A stretch of 63,445 bases of DNA, filler included, from Octopus bimaculoides (lineage: Eukaryota): assembly GCF_001194135.2 (NCBI RefSeq). It is 9 parts of 9 records of this genome, joined end to end, with 100 filler letters (N's around TTAATTAATTAA, not from the genome) between each part and the next. Parts side by side here need not be neighbours in the genome. Positions count along the whole stretch, not along the records: positions 31,369 to 44,029 come from NC_069004.1; positions 44,130 to 48,474 come from NC_068991.1; positions 48,575 to 55,298 come from NC_068981.1; 6 more parts are not named here. The stretch is one strand, 5' to 3'. Both the position numbers and the translations under genes were made by a program. Positions 36,802-50,620 of the stretch are shown piece after piece; position 1 is the stretch's first letter; the number at the start of each line of letters is the position of its first letter. Below the pieces are notes generated by a model, which did no database searches, had not been told where the DNA came from, and was given only the letters and a program-made list of their open reading frames with translations.

Positions 36802-37603
36802 TGTTACTGAATTAAGTGTGTTGTGAACGCATATCATTTGAATGAATAGGCTGTCTTTCAGTATTTGTTCCAGCTCTCTACGCTCTAAGTTTAAACCCTG
36901 ACGAAGTCGCATTATTTTTGTTCCCATTCTTCCTTCAATAGGTAAAATACAATTGAAAAGCTGGTGCAGGACTTCTCTCCTTCCAGCTCCATCGTCGTGT
37001 GCATTTAGCTGCGTGAAGACTGAAAAGGTTGTTGGAAAGATATTGTATCTTCTCGCTTTTAGGTGTCATTCATTTCTAAACAAATTTGTGTTCGAATTGT
37101 TACACATCTGGTTGCTATTTCCAGAGAGTCGAGCGCCCAACTTAAACCTCCTCCTTGGGTCGTCGAACAAGCAGTGTAAAAGTTTTCTCTTCGGATGATA
37201 TTCAATCAAAATTGATCGAGCAATTGCAAGGTCGACTCAAGCATAGATATATATTTCTCAGGCCAATTATCTCGCCTCCAAATAGCTAGCTAATTTAAAC
37301 CAAACACGGAAATATATGTACATAATTCAGCTGAAATATCTCAATGTTTACTGAGATCAAGTTTTAAGTTGATACCGCCAGCGTATAAATCTTTGTGTCA
37401 TTGCAATGGCTTTTTCCAGATAACATATTTACTTACTCGACTGACATAGAATAGACAACATCCGAATTGCATATTTTCCCCCATAGATACATGCATACAT
37501 ATATACATATATACATATATACATATATACATACATACATACATACATATATTCATACATATATACATACATACATACATTCATGCATGCATGCATACAT
37601 ACA

Positions 37604-37654
<51 letters not shown>

Positions 37655-37761
37655 GTATATATATGTATATATATATCTATATATGTATATATATAAATGC
37701 ATATATATGTGTGTGTGTTCCTGTATATGTTATGTATAGATATATATACACACACGCATGC

Positions 37762-37792
<31 letters not shown>

Positions 37793-37804
37793 CATACACA
37801 CACG

Positions 37805-37837
<33 letters not shown>

Positions 37838-38687
37838 TTATATATATACAGAGAGAAAGAGAGAGAGAGATAGAGATAGAGAGAGAGAGGATATGTAGAA
37901 GAGAGAGACTGAGCGTGCGTGCATGTGTGATTGTGTGAGGTAGGCGAGAAGAAACTCTACAAACGCTAGAATACAAGACAACTTAATAATGTCTGTCGTA
38001 TCGTTTTGCATAGCGAAGGCAAACCGCAAACCGAAGATTAGAATGAAATATAGGATAGCTTCGACCATAAATAATCTCCAACGTATGGCAAAATTATCAG
38101 ACAGAAGGATGATACCAACGCAACTGACATCGTATTTTCAAGACTGCAGTTGCGTAAGATCACATATGAATCACTGCGCAAGACCTAGCTTATAAATTTC
38201 TGTCATAATCAGGCAACCTATATTATACGACAATCGATGAGGTAGCAAGTTCCTGCAAACACCGACAGAGACCAAAGCTCAATCCTGATTAATGTATTCG
38301 TAAGTCAGAAAGCATGGTTCTGCAGCAGTCAAGTACAATTAATTTAAGCGTAGAATTCCGTATAGTTATTTGATTTGATTTCCGTATGATATTCTATAAA
38401 TCCGTTGTCTGGTTGAATTTCATTATTATCAACGTGACTAAAGTGGCCACCAAACACCATGAGGTATTGTAAGGTCCTTTCAGTAGAGTTTTTTTTTCTT
38501 TTTCCTGTTGTAAATATTCGAACTCCAAACCATGTATCTGAGGTAGCATCTTACTTTACTCCACTTGAAGTCTTTTGAAATAGTATATTGTCGTGGTACT
38601 TTATCTTCTAGCCATAAATAATAATTGGTATAACAAAAGCAACAATAACAACAACAACAACAACAGCAATAATAATAATGTAAGAAC

Positions 38688-38830
38688 CAATTACATAAAA
38701 TATAGAATGGACAAAACATCAGAAAGTGATAAGTGCAGAACTTGTGGACAAAATGTGAAACCGTATGGCATATTACCAGTCGATGTACGCCACTAGCCCA
38801 GAAAGAATATGAAACGTCATGACATATGCG
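38688..38830 (+). mobile_element. 5'-truncated Dong/R4-like fragment (same family as 13240-13920) after (AAC)n(AAT)n
   Basis: RTNYIKYRMDKTSESDKCRTCGQN, frameshift, ETVWHITSRCTPLAQKEYE (CCHC knuckle). Confidence 0.85.
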
Positions 38831-39679
38831 GTGCAGAAACCCGTGCGTAGCAAATATGCGACCCGTATTGAACAAGCTAATATTGATCAATGGTGTGCTA
38901 CCCATTAAGGCCAACGGACCTCATCTTTCCCGACGTATGATAAACAGGAAACTGAACAGATAAACGATGCGTCTGCAAAGTGAATTTAATCCAAGACAAT
39001 TTTAACTAATGTGTACTTCAGTATATTGTGATTGTGCTGTGGATTTAGAACGAGGTTTAACTGATATTTTTAGCAGATTGAGCAACCGCGTAGAATCTTC
39101 CTCATCGTCTTGTCACTTTCGCTTCAACTCAGCGGAACAAATATTTGAACTGGCGGCGTTTCAGAACGTTGATCATCAGTCGGTCATTTTATGTTTTAAT
39201 TTTATTTATTATTACCATTTTCTTTTTCTTTCTTTTTTTTTTTTTGCTTCATTTGTATCAAAACAATTTTCACCATCAAACGACTTGGCTTGCTTCCCTT
39301 TCTTAGCTGTGTTTGTTTCTCTCCTTGTTTGCCCGTTCACTTGCATTATTTCACTTGTATTAAATCAATTGTTCGATAGAGTGAATGATTATTTGATTGA
39401 TTTATATACTGATATATTGATATATTGATTAGTCACTTAACCTCGTTCGTGTCGATAGAACAACATTGACGACGTGTCGAGAAAGATGGATATTTTCACA
39501 GCTTAGCGAAGAAGAGAGAAATACCCAAGTCTCGAAAACACTGCCAAGGAAAAGAAAAGAAAAGAATTTTAAAAAAGACAATTAAGAACTCTCTTAGTTT
39601 TGAAGGAGGAAACTTAAAATATATAAAAATGGAGTATAACAACAAATGAAACAATAATACGTACATACACACGCACGCA

Positions 39680-39718
<39 letters not shown>

Positions 39719-39790
39719 CACAAACATACATATATGTATGCATTTTTATATAGATATATATTTATATATGTATACATATATAAATATAAG

Positions 39791-39931
39791 AAGTAAAAAG
39801 TAAATAGTAAAAGAGTCAAAAGGAAGAGTTAGTACGGTTAGGCAGCTTTTTTTTTGGGGGGGGGGGAATTCTAAGGGTGAACGAGCTCTATTTGTACTCT
39901 TATACGTTCTTAACAAAGTACACATCAACTG
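39791..39931. mobile_element. Internally deleted derivative of the 11903-12283 repeat
   Basis: Head (~55 bp) and tail (~70 bp) are joined through a T/G run; both sides are microsatellite. Confidence 0.75.
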
Positions 39932-40118
39932 TGTATGTATGTATATATATGTAAATGTATATATGTATATATATGAATGTATATATGTATATGTATATAT
40001 ATGTATATATATATATATGTATATATATGTATATGAATATATATACATATGTATATACATGTATATACATATACATATACATATATATGTATATATATAC
40101 ATATATATGTATGTATGT

Positions 40119-40160
<42 letters not shown>

Positions 40161-40170
40161 NNNNNNNNNN

Positions 40171-40233
<63 letters not shown>

Positions 40234-40564
40234 TAATCAAGAAATGAGATCGGGGAGAATCTCAATATACAAAACACTTTGTAGCGCTCAAATGATTTGA
40301 TCTTACTTGCGTTCTATACTGTTACCCAGAAAATATACTCTCCTCAAGCTGGAAAACGGTACGAGAAGTCGTTGTAGAGCTCGATAGCAATAGAAGGATA
40401 TCGTTAAAATACGGAATATCATTAAAATATGGATAAAATCAAGGATCGACAGTTGATATCCACTGTTGTATGAAAGGAGCTCACGGAAGAGGTCAGTAGA
40501 AGCGACCAAGCCTTTGACGTTACAATATCTCAAGGAGTTACGTATATCATTCATGGCTAATATT

Positions 40565-40931
40565 GGCTTCAAATTTTAGTACAAGGCCAGCAATTTAGGG
40601 AAAGAGTTATGTTGATTGCATCGACCCCAGTACACAACTGGTACTTATTTTATCGACTCTGAAAGGATGCAAAGCAAAGTCGACCTCGGCAGAGTTTGGA
40701 TCGTAGTTAATGTCGACAAATTGTAGGGCAGCAAGCTGGCCGAATCGTTAGCACGCCGAACAAAAGGCTTAGCGGCATTTCGCCCGTCTTTACGTTCTGA
40801 CTGGCCAACTTTACCGTTCATCCTTTCGGAGGTCGATAAAATAATCACCAGTATATCACTGGGGTCCATGTAATCGACTAGCCACCCCACCCAAGAAATT
40901 GCTGGCCTGGTGTAAAAACTTGAAACCAATA
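40565..40931. mobile_element. Inverted pair of SINE family A copies (minus 40565-40705; plus 40725-40931)
   Basis: Core and tail occur in both orientations. Direct repeat tcgacaaattgt at 40713-40724 and 40932-40943 brackets the plus copy. Confidence 0.85.
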
Positions 40932-42526
40932 TCGACAAATTGTTAGCGTCGATCTGGCAGAATCTTTAGAACGTCAGGCAAAATGCTTAGCGCTCTTTCC
41001 TCCACAAATTCTGCCATGGTCCACAAGATTTTGGTTGGCCCGGGGCTATAGTAGAAAACAGATGTGAAATCAAATCTATATATTCAGGTGCATCACCTTG
41101 AGTTCTGTGGTTGTCCTTTCGGGGCGAATGTTAATTGGTCAGCAGAAGAGTCGCTAGATTTATTATAATTGTTGTTAGTTTAATTAGACACTTCAGAAAA
41201 TTTAATCCTTTGTTGTCTCAATGTATTTAACACTCATTATACAAACACGCTTATCGACTTACCATCAATTCGGCTGCTGCGTTTGCTTCAACACAGCTTG
41301 AAGCATCGGTTAACAACAAGAACGTTCCATATTATTACATTCATAATTACATTCTTACTCTTTCATCCATAATTATATTTGCAATAATATTTTTTCTCTC
41401 GCCGTATAAATCTTCTCACATATAATAGTTTTTATTACATATTTATGCATTTATGCATATTTCTTACATATTATGTTCGTACATCGTATCTCTCAATCTC
41501 GGCAGCTTAATAACATAATGCTGAAATTTTATACGAATTACGGGGAGTAACAATTATATTTTCTGTTAATTAATTGTTGAATTGTTTCCCAATATTCTAA
41601 TTGCTCAAACTAAGTTCTTTTTTTCTTTATCTATGAGTCTCTTTATAGGCAGTATTGTTTTGCAGTTAAAATGATTCTCACACACTTTCATTTCCACGCA
41701 TGCACGCACGCACGCACACACACATGGGTGAGTGTACGAATGCTCACAAAATACATATAGTAGAAGTTATAGCATCATATGTATTCTTTCATTACGATCG
41801 TTTCAACAATATATAGTTCAGATTCTGGATAAATATAATTGTTTGTGTAATATTACATTATATTAAGGAGATCAGTATTCACCTCCCCAGACAAAGGTGA
41901 AAAAGATACATAGATAGGTATATATATATATAGACAGATAGATAGATAGATAAATAGATAGATTAGTCTTTTTGCTATTAATTTCACAACGGGTAAGATG
42001 AAACTAGATTTATTCCTTTAGATATTTTAATCCAAGTGTAACGTCCATGCTGCAGCAACGACTATGCAAATTTTCATGGTACTAAGGCCATCGCTGTTTA
42101 CAAAATATATGTACATGCAAATGTGAATCTCTCCTCCTATACACACACACACACAGACACACACACGCACACACACACATATATATACATATATGCATGA
42201 ATATATATGTGTATATATACGGCAACACACTTACGCATATATATAAATGTATGGCTATATGTATACATGCCAATATGAATTTATGCATTATATGTTGATA
42301 TACATAAGTGAATGTAGTTTGTGTTTGTGTTCATATGTACATATATGTTTACACACACACACGCACACACACATACTCACATACACACACGCGTATACAC
42401 ACAAACACACAAACACACACACACACACACACACACGTATGTATATTCGCGCATATATATATAAACACTGACATTATATTGCAAAAAAATCAATATAATA
42501 AATATATTGTTTATTATTCTCCACGT

Positions 42527-42533
42527 ATTATCA

Positions 42534-42598
<65 letters not shown>

Positions 42599-42625
42599 GC
42601 TGTTGCTGTTGTTGTTGTTGTTATT
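42527..42625. repeat. (TAT)n then (GTT)n microsatellite; representative of many TA/CA/TAA/CATA/CTAT/GA tracts across the window
   Basis: Directly visible. Confidence 0.97.
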
Positions 42626-43530
42626 ATTTTTTTGCTATCTTTGTTATTATTCATAATGGTAATGGTGATGATGATGATGATAAAAATAATAGTACGAGTT
42701 ACTAAGTTGTTACTAGGTGAGAAAGAACCAATATTATCTATATTGCTAAAAGGCTTCTTTTAATCGTTTATGAGAAGGTACAGCTGAATTTGTTGTGAAA
42801 TCTCTCACGCGTTTATTCTTTCGAAAACAATAAATTTTTGAAAATTTAATTCATAAAGCTTACCGAGAGGTCTAACTGTAAGCCCTAGCAAGATAAGCTG
42901 ATAGGGGGGAAACAGGCTAGTATTAACATATTTCATGTGTTACTTACAAAAAAATCTAATAGAACATTCATTCGAAAAGGAAGAGATGGGATTACTTCGA
43001 ACAGTGATATTAATACATTTTAAATCTGTCTTATCCCCACGGGAGACAACTCGGAATTCGTTTCGCAGTTATTATACCTCCTCATTGAAGAATAGGTTTT
43101 ACTTTATAAAACAATACAGTGATAAGAGATTTCTGCGTACTTGCATATTGTGGTGAAGGAGAAGATGACAAAAATTAACTTATTAAAAGCAAATAACAAA
43201 TATCTCGTATTAACCAGTTGATTAACTAAAACATTTTTATAAGCTTTTAGGGGAGCCATATTTTATTATGTAACCATAATATACTATCAAGTAGATCATG
43301 GACATAGGCGCTGAAGTTAGCTTCCCAATCACATGGTTCCGGGTTCAGTCTCACTGTGTGGCACCTTGCGCAAATGTAAACAGCGGAAGTGAGCTAGAAC
43401 GCTATAACTTAGTTCGGATGGACAGCAGAGTTCAAAATCAATTTGTGCCAAGCGGCTTTAATCTGCGTGCTTTAGCTTCGTTACTATGGCAACAGTCCGG
43501 ATACTTATTGATCTGGCCTCATATATATAT

Positions 43531-43561
<31 letters not shown>

Positions 43562-43671
43562 NNNNNNNNNNTTTTATGTAGGTGCTCATGTCAACGTTTA
43601 GTCAGTTGTACTTTAGCGTATCTCCTTAACTTCCTTTCTTCTATTTTGTTTGCTTGATGCAACATAGCAGA

Positions 43672-43717
<46 letters not shown>

Positions 43718-43853
43718 ACACAAACACACACACGTTCATGTACACACACACACACACGCGTTCGCACACACACATACACATCTCCCTTACCCTTTCTCCC
43801 TCACTGTCGTTATATATTTATATCTTGGTCTATGTATTTATCGAACAATCTAC

Positions 43854-43912
<59 letters not shown>

Positions 43913-44129
43913 GAATGTAGCAAGGATGGCACGTGTGAACGACGGAGCCATCTTGAGCATAACCCTATGAACAAGAAAAAAAAATAAAACAAAAAGGCAA
44001 AAGAGAGTCACTTACTGTTATAGTTTCTTNNNNNNNNNNNNNNNNNNNNNNNNNNNNNNNNNNNNNNNNNNNNTTAATTAATTAANNNNNNNNNNNNNNN
44101 NNNNNNNNNNNNNNNNNNNNNNNNNNNNN

Positions 44130-44176
<47 letters not shown>

Positions 44177-44264
44177 CATAAACACATACATACATACATA
44201 CATACATACATACGTACATATACATATACATATATGTATTCATATTTATATATATGTAGATCAA

Positions 44265-44324
<60 letters not shown>

Positions 44325-45226
44325 CGTTTGTCTGTCTATATATCCATCTGTCTGTCTATGTGTGTACGTGTGACTGCGTGTGTGTATGTGTGCGTGTGTG
44401 TGTGTGCATGTACATGGTGTACGTATGTAAATGTGTGTCTGTGTGTATCAGGCGAGATTTAGAAAGTGAATATACATCGTGACATTTTACACTCATTGAA
44501 TCTTATTTTCAACTTGTTTTTCTGTTTTCTGTTTCAGCCTAAACTCCATATTTGTCTTTGCCTCTATTCATTTATTTCTAATTTCTTCTCTCTTCCCAAA
44601 TTTTTTCTTCAGTTTTCCTTCTCTGCTCTACGTCAACATGTCTTTTAACTATGTACGTGAGTTATCCAAGTTTTAAAATGTCTTTAAACCGGATCAGGAA
44701 ATTGTCATGTGAAATAAACAAATAAATATACAAGACGATACAAACAAACGTAATAACAACGAAACATGTAACAAATTGAACGAATTGATCTGTTCGCAGA
44801 TTACATCGTTTAGCTGTTATTACTACTATCAGGGCGAAAATATAAAAGACACATCGCTGACAGATATGGCGTCTTAGATCTGGGGAAAAGACATGACACG
44901 TAAATGAGAGAAGGGTGCTAAAGTTATAAGGGGCTGGTCCCCAAGAAACACACGTCCTACACAAAAGAGCAGTGTTAAACTGTTTAATCTACATTTGTGG
45001 AATGATCTTCACATCTAATGATTGTTCTTTTATTAATAATTTATATATTTTACCGAGTTTTCTTTTCTCCTTTATATTTGGAATTTTGTCGTGTGTTTCG
45101 TTATCTTTTTCTAATCGTTTTGCAAAAAATAGTTACTCAGACTACGTGAAAAAAGTGTGTTCTCAACATTCTTCAAGGATTGGCCCGCATCATGATTCGT
45201 TCAAAAATTCAAACGACTTAAGTACT

Positions 45227-45287
<61 letters not shown>

Positions 45288-45474
45288 TGTATGTATTATG
45301 TATGCGTGTGTGTGTGTGTGTATATGTATATGAATATATATATATATATATATATACATCTGTGTGTGTGTGTACATATGTATGAAAGCATGTATATGTC
45401 TATATACATACATGTATACATACATTATATATACATACGCGCACACACTTATACCCCCTCCACACATATACATG

Positions 45475-45521
<47 letters not shown>

Positions 45522-45604
45522 NNNNNNNNNNNNNNNNNNNNNNNNNNNNNNNNNNNNNNNNNNNNNNNNNNNNNNNNNNNNNNNNNNNNNNNNNNNNNNN
45601 NNNT

Positions 45605-45659
<55 letters not shown>

Positions 45660-46090
45660 TGTGTGCTGAGAAATCTCAAGAAAATACGACTTAATGAAAG
45701 ACGAAATAAAATCAATTGGAGGAATCTTGTTACACACGTCTTTTCCACGTTTTGCTTTGCCTTGCCAAAACAAATCAATGTCGCTGTTAACACACAACAC
45801 ACCGCCATTTTCTATCGTTAGAGAAACACTTCAATCTGTTAACTTGTCAATACAGCAGCAAAAACACATCGTGTACCACATTGATGTTTCTAATGTAAAC
45901 ACAATCACAGTCTTATTTTATATTTACTACCAACTTCTCATGCAACGGACGGTTGTTTTCTCAGGATTCACAAAATAAGAGCTGAATACACTATGGAGAC
46001 ATCTCAAACTAGGTTTTTCTCTTGATTATATTTCGCTGTTTTGAAGATAGACACGTTTAGACACGCGCGCATGCATGCACGCACGCACGC

Positions 46091-46138
<48 letters not shown>

Positions 46139-46264
46139 ACACATACAGAAAAGTACTCGCTTCATTTTGTGCGTACGTGTATACGTGCGCGTGTATGCAT
46201 GTGTGCATATATATGTGCAATGTATGCATATAATATCTTTGTATATGTTAATATATTATACCAT

Positions 46265-46480
46265 AGGTGAGCTGGCAGAAACGTTAGCACGTCGGGTGAA
46301 ATGCTTAGCAATATTTCGCCTGCTGTTACATTCTGAGTTCAAATTCCGCCGAGGTCGACTATGACGTTCATCCTTTCGGGGTGTCGATTAAATAAGTACC
46401 AGTTATGCATTTGAGTCGATCTAATCGACTTAATCCCTTTGTCTGTCCTTGTTTCCCCCTGTGGGCAATAAAGACATAAA
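46265..46480 (+). mobile_element. SINE family A, full length
   Basis: aggtgagctggcagaaacgttagcacgtcgggtgaaatgcttagc...ctgagttcaaattccgccgaggtcgac...gtgggcaataaagacataaata. Closely similar to 22611-22856. Confidence 0.9.
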
Positions 46481-46579
46481 TATATCATGCAATATGAATT
46501 GTATATGATATATATTTTCTAAATAATATATGCATATATATGTATATCTGCATTTATGAGTGCGAGTATATATTTATTT

Positions 46580-46983
46580 ATTTCCCAACCACATGGTTCC
46601 AGGTTCAGTCCTACTCGGCCTCGGGCCGACCAAAGCCTTATGAGAGGATTTGATAGACGGAAACTTAAAGAAGCTTGTAATATATATGTGTGTGTGTTTT
46701 TATGCGTGTATGTATATGGCAATATATGTTTATGTATAAGACTAAAGATGGAATATATATGTGTACATATGTTTTTTTGCGTCTGTGTTTGTCCCCCGCC
46801 ACCATCGCTTGACATCGATGCTGGTGTGTTTGCGTCCCCGTAACGTAGCGGTTCGGTAAAAGAGTACGATAGAATAAGTACTAGGCTTACAGAGAATAAG
46901 TCCTGCGGTCTATTGGTTCGACTAAAGGCGTTGCTCTAGCATAGTCGCAGTCAAATGACTGAAACAAGTAAAAGAATAAAAGA

Positions 46984-46985
<2 letters not shown>
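46580..46985 (+). mobile_element. SINE family B with expanded internal microsatellite
   Basis: Head fragment, cctcgggccgaccaaagcc core, ~100-bp TA/TG insert, standard 3' half ending aaatgactgaaacaagtaaaagaata. Confidence 0.85.
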
Positions 46986-47024
<39 letters not shown>

Positions 47025-47800
47025 NNNNNNNNNNNNNNNNNNNNNNNNNNNNNNNNNNNNNNNNNNNNNNNNNNNNNNNNNNNNNNNNNNNNNNNNNNNN
47101 NNNNNNNNNNNNNNNNNNNNNNNNNNNNNNNNNNNNNNNNNNNNNNNNNNNNNNNNNNNNNNNNNNNNNNNNNNNNNNNNNNNNNNNNNNNNNNNNNNNN
47201 NNNNNNNNNNNNNNNNNNNNNNNNNNNNNNNNNNNNNNNNNNNNNNNNNNNNNNNNNNNNNNNNNNNNNNNNNNNNNNNNNNNNNNNNNNNNNNNNNNNN
47301 NNNNNNNNNNNNNNNNNNNNNNNNNNNNNNNNNNNNNNNNNNNNNNNNNNNNNNNNNNNNNNNNNNNNNNNNNNNNNNNNNNNNNNNNNNNNNNNNNNNN
47401 NNNNNNNNNNNNNNNNNNNNNNNNNNNNNNNNNNNNNNNNNNNNNNNNNNNNNNNNNNNNNNNNNNNNNNNNNNNNNNNNNNNNNNNNNNNNNNNNNNNN
47501 NNNNNNNNNNNNNNNNNNNNNNNNNNNNNNNNNNNNNNNNNNNNNAATTTAAGATAGTGGACAAAAACAAAACAAAAATAAACGAGCAAAATATAGCCTT
47601 GGGGCCAAAATGACAAGAATAGTGGGTAATGCTTAGAAGGCATCCTAAAGGATTACAAAACAACAAATAGCAAGTCAATGGGTCACAGAGAATTCAGGAG
47701 CGGTCAACTACGCAACCAGTGTGAAAAAAGGAGAGAAAGAAGGGCTGGCTACGGGTCACGTGTCATCAGCAGGCGGAGAAGCGAGAGGGCAAGAGAAAGG

Positions 47801-47840
<40 letters not shown>

Positions 47841-48597
47841 AACAGAGAGAAAACAAGGGAAGGTATGAAGGGAAAAAGGAGAAAGGGGGAAGGCTAGAAA
47901 CAGAAGTAAGATGGCGAGAGAGAGAAAAGGAGTATAAGTGAAGACTAGAAATAGATTCGCACGGATATATAAAACTTACTACTAATAAAAGCCGGGTTGC
48001 GTTGCATTCTATTACTTAATAAAGGGAAAAAGTATTGTAAATAAACAACGAGAGGGTAAAAATCGTACAACGTATACTGCGTGTATAACTGGACAAGAGA
48101 CAGACACAGAAGGACCCTAATACTTTATCTGTTATCAACCAGATGGTATGCAGGTGTGGCTGTGTGGTAAGAAGCTTGATTCCATGACAAGAGAGCTAGT
48201 TGTCTTTCAGCAGTTGAACGAGGTGGACATGAGTCTTTTGGCTCTGTCCAAGTAAGGATTACAAGGAACATTGAAGAACTCGCCGAGGCAGGTCGGTTTT
48301 GTCGCTCAGCTGAGCAATAGTATGTATTTTAAAATTCTTTTTCAGCGGGTTGATGTTCAGCTTGGCGACGTTTTCGCTTGCCTTGGCGGGTTTCTTGTGG
48401 TTGTTCAATAAGAATAAATTGTGTGTTAGCTGTTTCTAGTGGGCGTATCCGCTCCACAGCAGTGAAAATTTATTNNNNNNNNNNNNNNNNNNNNNNNNNN
48501 NNNNNNNNNNNNNNNNNNTTAATTAATTAANNNNNNNNNNNNNNNNNNNNNNNNNNNNNNNNNNNNNNNNNNNNATATATATATATATATATATAAT

Positions 48598-49460
48598 TAG
48601 TCAGTTTTATTTCAAGAATTCTTACCAACAGAGAAATAAATTAAATAGAGAAATTCTAAACAAGATCCAAGGCTCCTCACTGGAAATTAAGCAACACCAA
48701 TAAGGTATTTTTGCATGTATGCATGTATATTTGCAGATTTATATGTTTTATTTCATATATGTATTTTCATGCATATAGTTATTCATCTAGGCATGCTCAT
48801 TATATTTAAAGGATTAACTTCGTAAGTTAACAATTTCAGTGATGGAATGGATCTCTAGTCTTCGAATCAGCGAATCAGGTTTTTTTCTGGTTTTGAGAAG
48901 CCTAATTTCTGAAGGTTGGTATTTAGGGATAAACATGAACTTGTAATCTGGAATTAGAATTCGTAGATTTCTCAACAGTTCAGCGTAGGTATTTTTTTCT
49001 TTCGCTGACTTTTAGCTTAAAAGTTATCATCCGCTGGGTTGCTAATTTCCACAACTGTACAGTTTCTCTTCCCTACCCCAAATTTTTATATCAGGTCTAA
49101 TGAGCTTACATTTTATTGATGTTTTCACTGGGACATTCTACCTGTACTCTGTTTTTAAAATTATTATGATTGGCTACAGTTGGTTTTTATTTCTTTGTCC
49201 TCGTTCTTATGCATCCGATCTCATTAGGCAGTTTTCTAGCTACATCATGTCTCATCATTGGTAATACCGTGTTGATATATATTTTCAGACAACTTCAGAG
49301 ATATCTCCACAAAGTCTGCATCGTTTGTCTCCTTCTGCTCATTTTCCTGCATCCATATCACTTTTGCGCACCGCGTATTTGTTTGATATGTCTTTTTCAT
49401 GGATTGCAAACAAACACCCTTCATAGCGGGTGTTAGTAATCCTGTTGTTGGTCCGTAATA
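48598..49460 (-). mobile_element. RLE-type LINE 3' fragment (same family as 23718-23899) with CCHC region, deleted RLE and 3' UTR
   Basis: Minus frames give QSSLLRTNNRITNTRYEGCLFAIHEK, RCRLCGD, RYY..RHDVARKL, and ccagattacaagttcatgtttatccct matching 23718. The 5' truncation abuts (CATA)n and the 3' end abuts (TA)n. Confidence 0.75.
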
Positions 49461-49488
49461 GACTGCTTTGCATATGCATGTGTATATG

Positions 49489-49522
<34 letters not shown>

Positions 49523-50329
49523 TGTATGTATGTATGTATGCAGGCATCCATGCATGTATGCATGTATGTATGTATTTATATTTGTGTGTATATACCTATC
49601 TACTTTTGTATGTATCTAACTATCTGTCAAAGGTCGATGTTTTACTTGTTTCACTAGATCTAAAATGTTCCTCTCATATACCGTACAATAAGCACAACAG
49701 GAAACTTTTCTGTATACACAAACGGTATTTTCACCCCACCTCTGTAAGGCTTTAAAACCTTATAGCCAACATTAGCAACATGATATGCAATCTCTCCTCT
49801 TCTAAAGAAATTTTGGATAAAGCATCGCCTTACAACAACAATGCCCACAAAAACTCACTTTAACTATAAACCCTTCTAATAATAATACGAATAACAGCTG
49901 CTGTCCCAATATGAAGAACATGATTACAGGCAAACACCACCAAAAGCCTTCTCCCAGTTGTAACTCCTGAGGCCCAAGAATGTTTTCCATTACACCAGGA
50001 ATTGCATGATTAAATCCGTTATATATGTGGCAGAAGCTACAGCAAAGCAATATGAGTTACATCGTGTTATGTGAAGTCGTCTTCAATAAACAACTATGCT
50101 CACCACACATCTTCCTTCTGGCACAGACAAACATAAAGCCACTAAGTAGGCTAGCCATTGTTAACGCCACACCATATACATCAAACGAGAAAATAGTTGA
50201 AATGTCCACAACGTATCAAACAAATGTCGGCAATACGTAGCTGAAAGATCACAAGTTCCATCCCATATGTTCATGGACCACAAAATGCAAACTATACATA
50301 GCTGCCTGAGCGAAAATCATTTTTAAGAA

Positions 50330-50620
50330 CACCATTGCACTGTTGAATTCCAGGTCCGAAATTTTCCTCGGATGTAAAAAAATGGAAAAGTTCCAGTTGG
50401 CGAATTGGAAAATACCATCCTTTTCAAATTGAGTGGATGTATCGCAGACTCTAGACCCTTCTCCATTTAGCCTTACCATGGCCTTACGGTCAAAGGGGAC
50501 TCTTATCCTATCGGTTGTATATGCCATATGAGCACATCCTGAAATTTCATGAAGGCACCAGCCGTGTTATAAAATGCTGTCTGTTTCGTCTTCATTTCAT
50601 GAAATTATTTGTAGCTCATA
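50330..50620 (+). mobile_element. Possible HINE-like fragment; a HINE-like 3' end also at about 57430-57667
   Basis: ctgaaatttcatgaag motif; 57600-57667 ends cgattacacacacatctctattttatatattagagat, typical of these ends. Confidence 0.35.
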
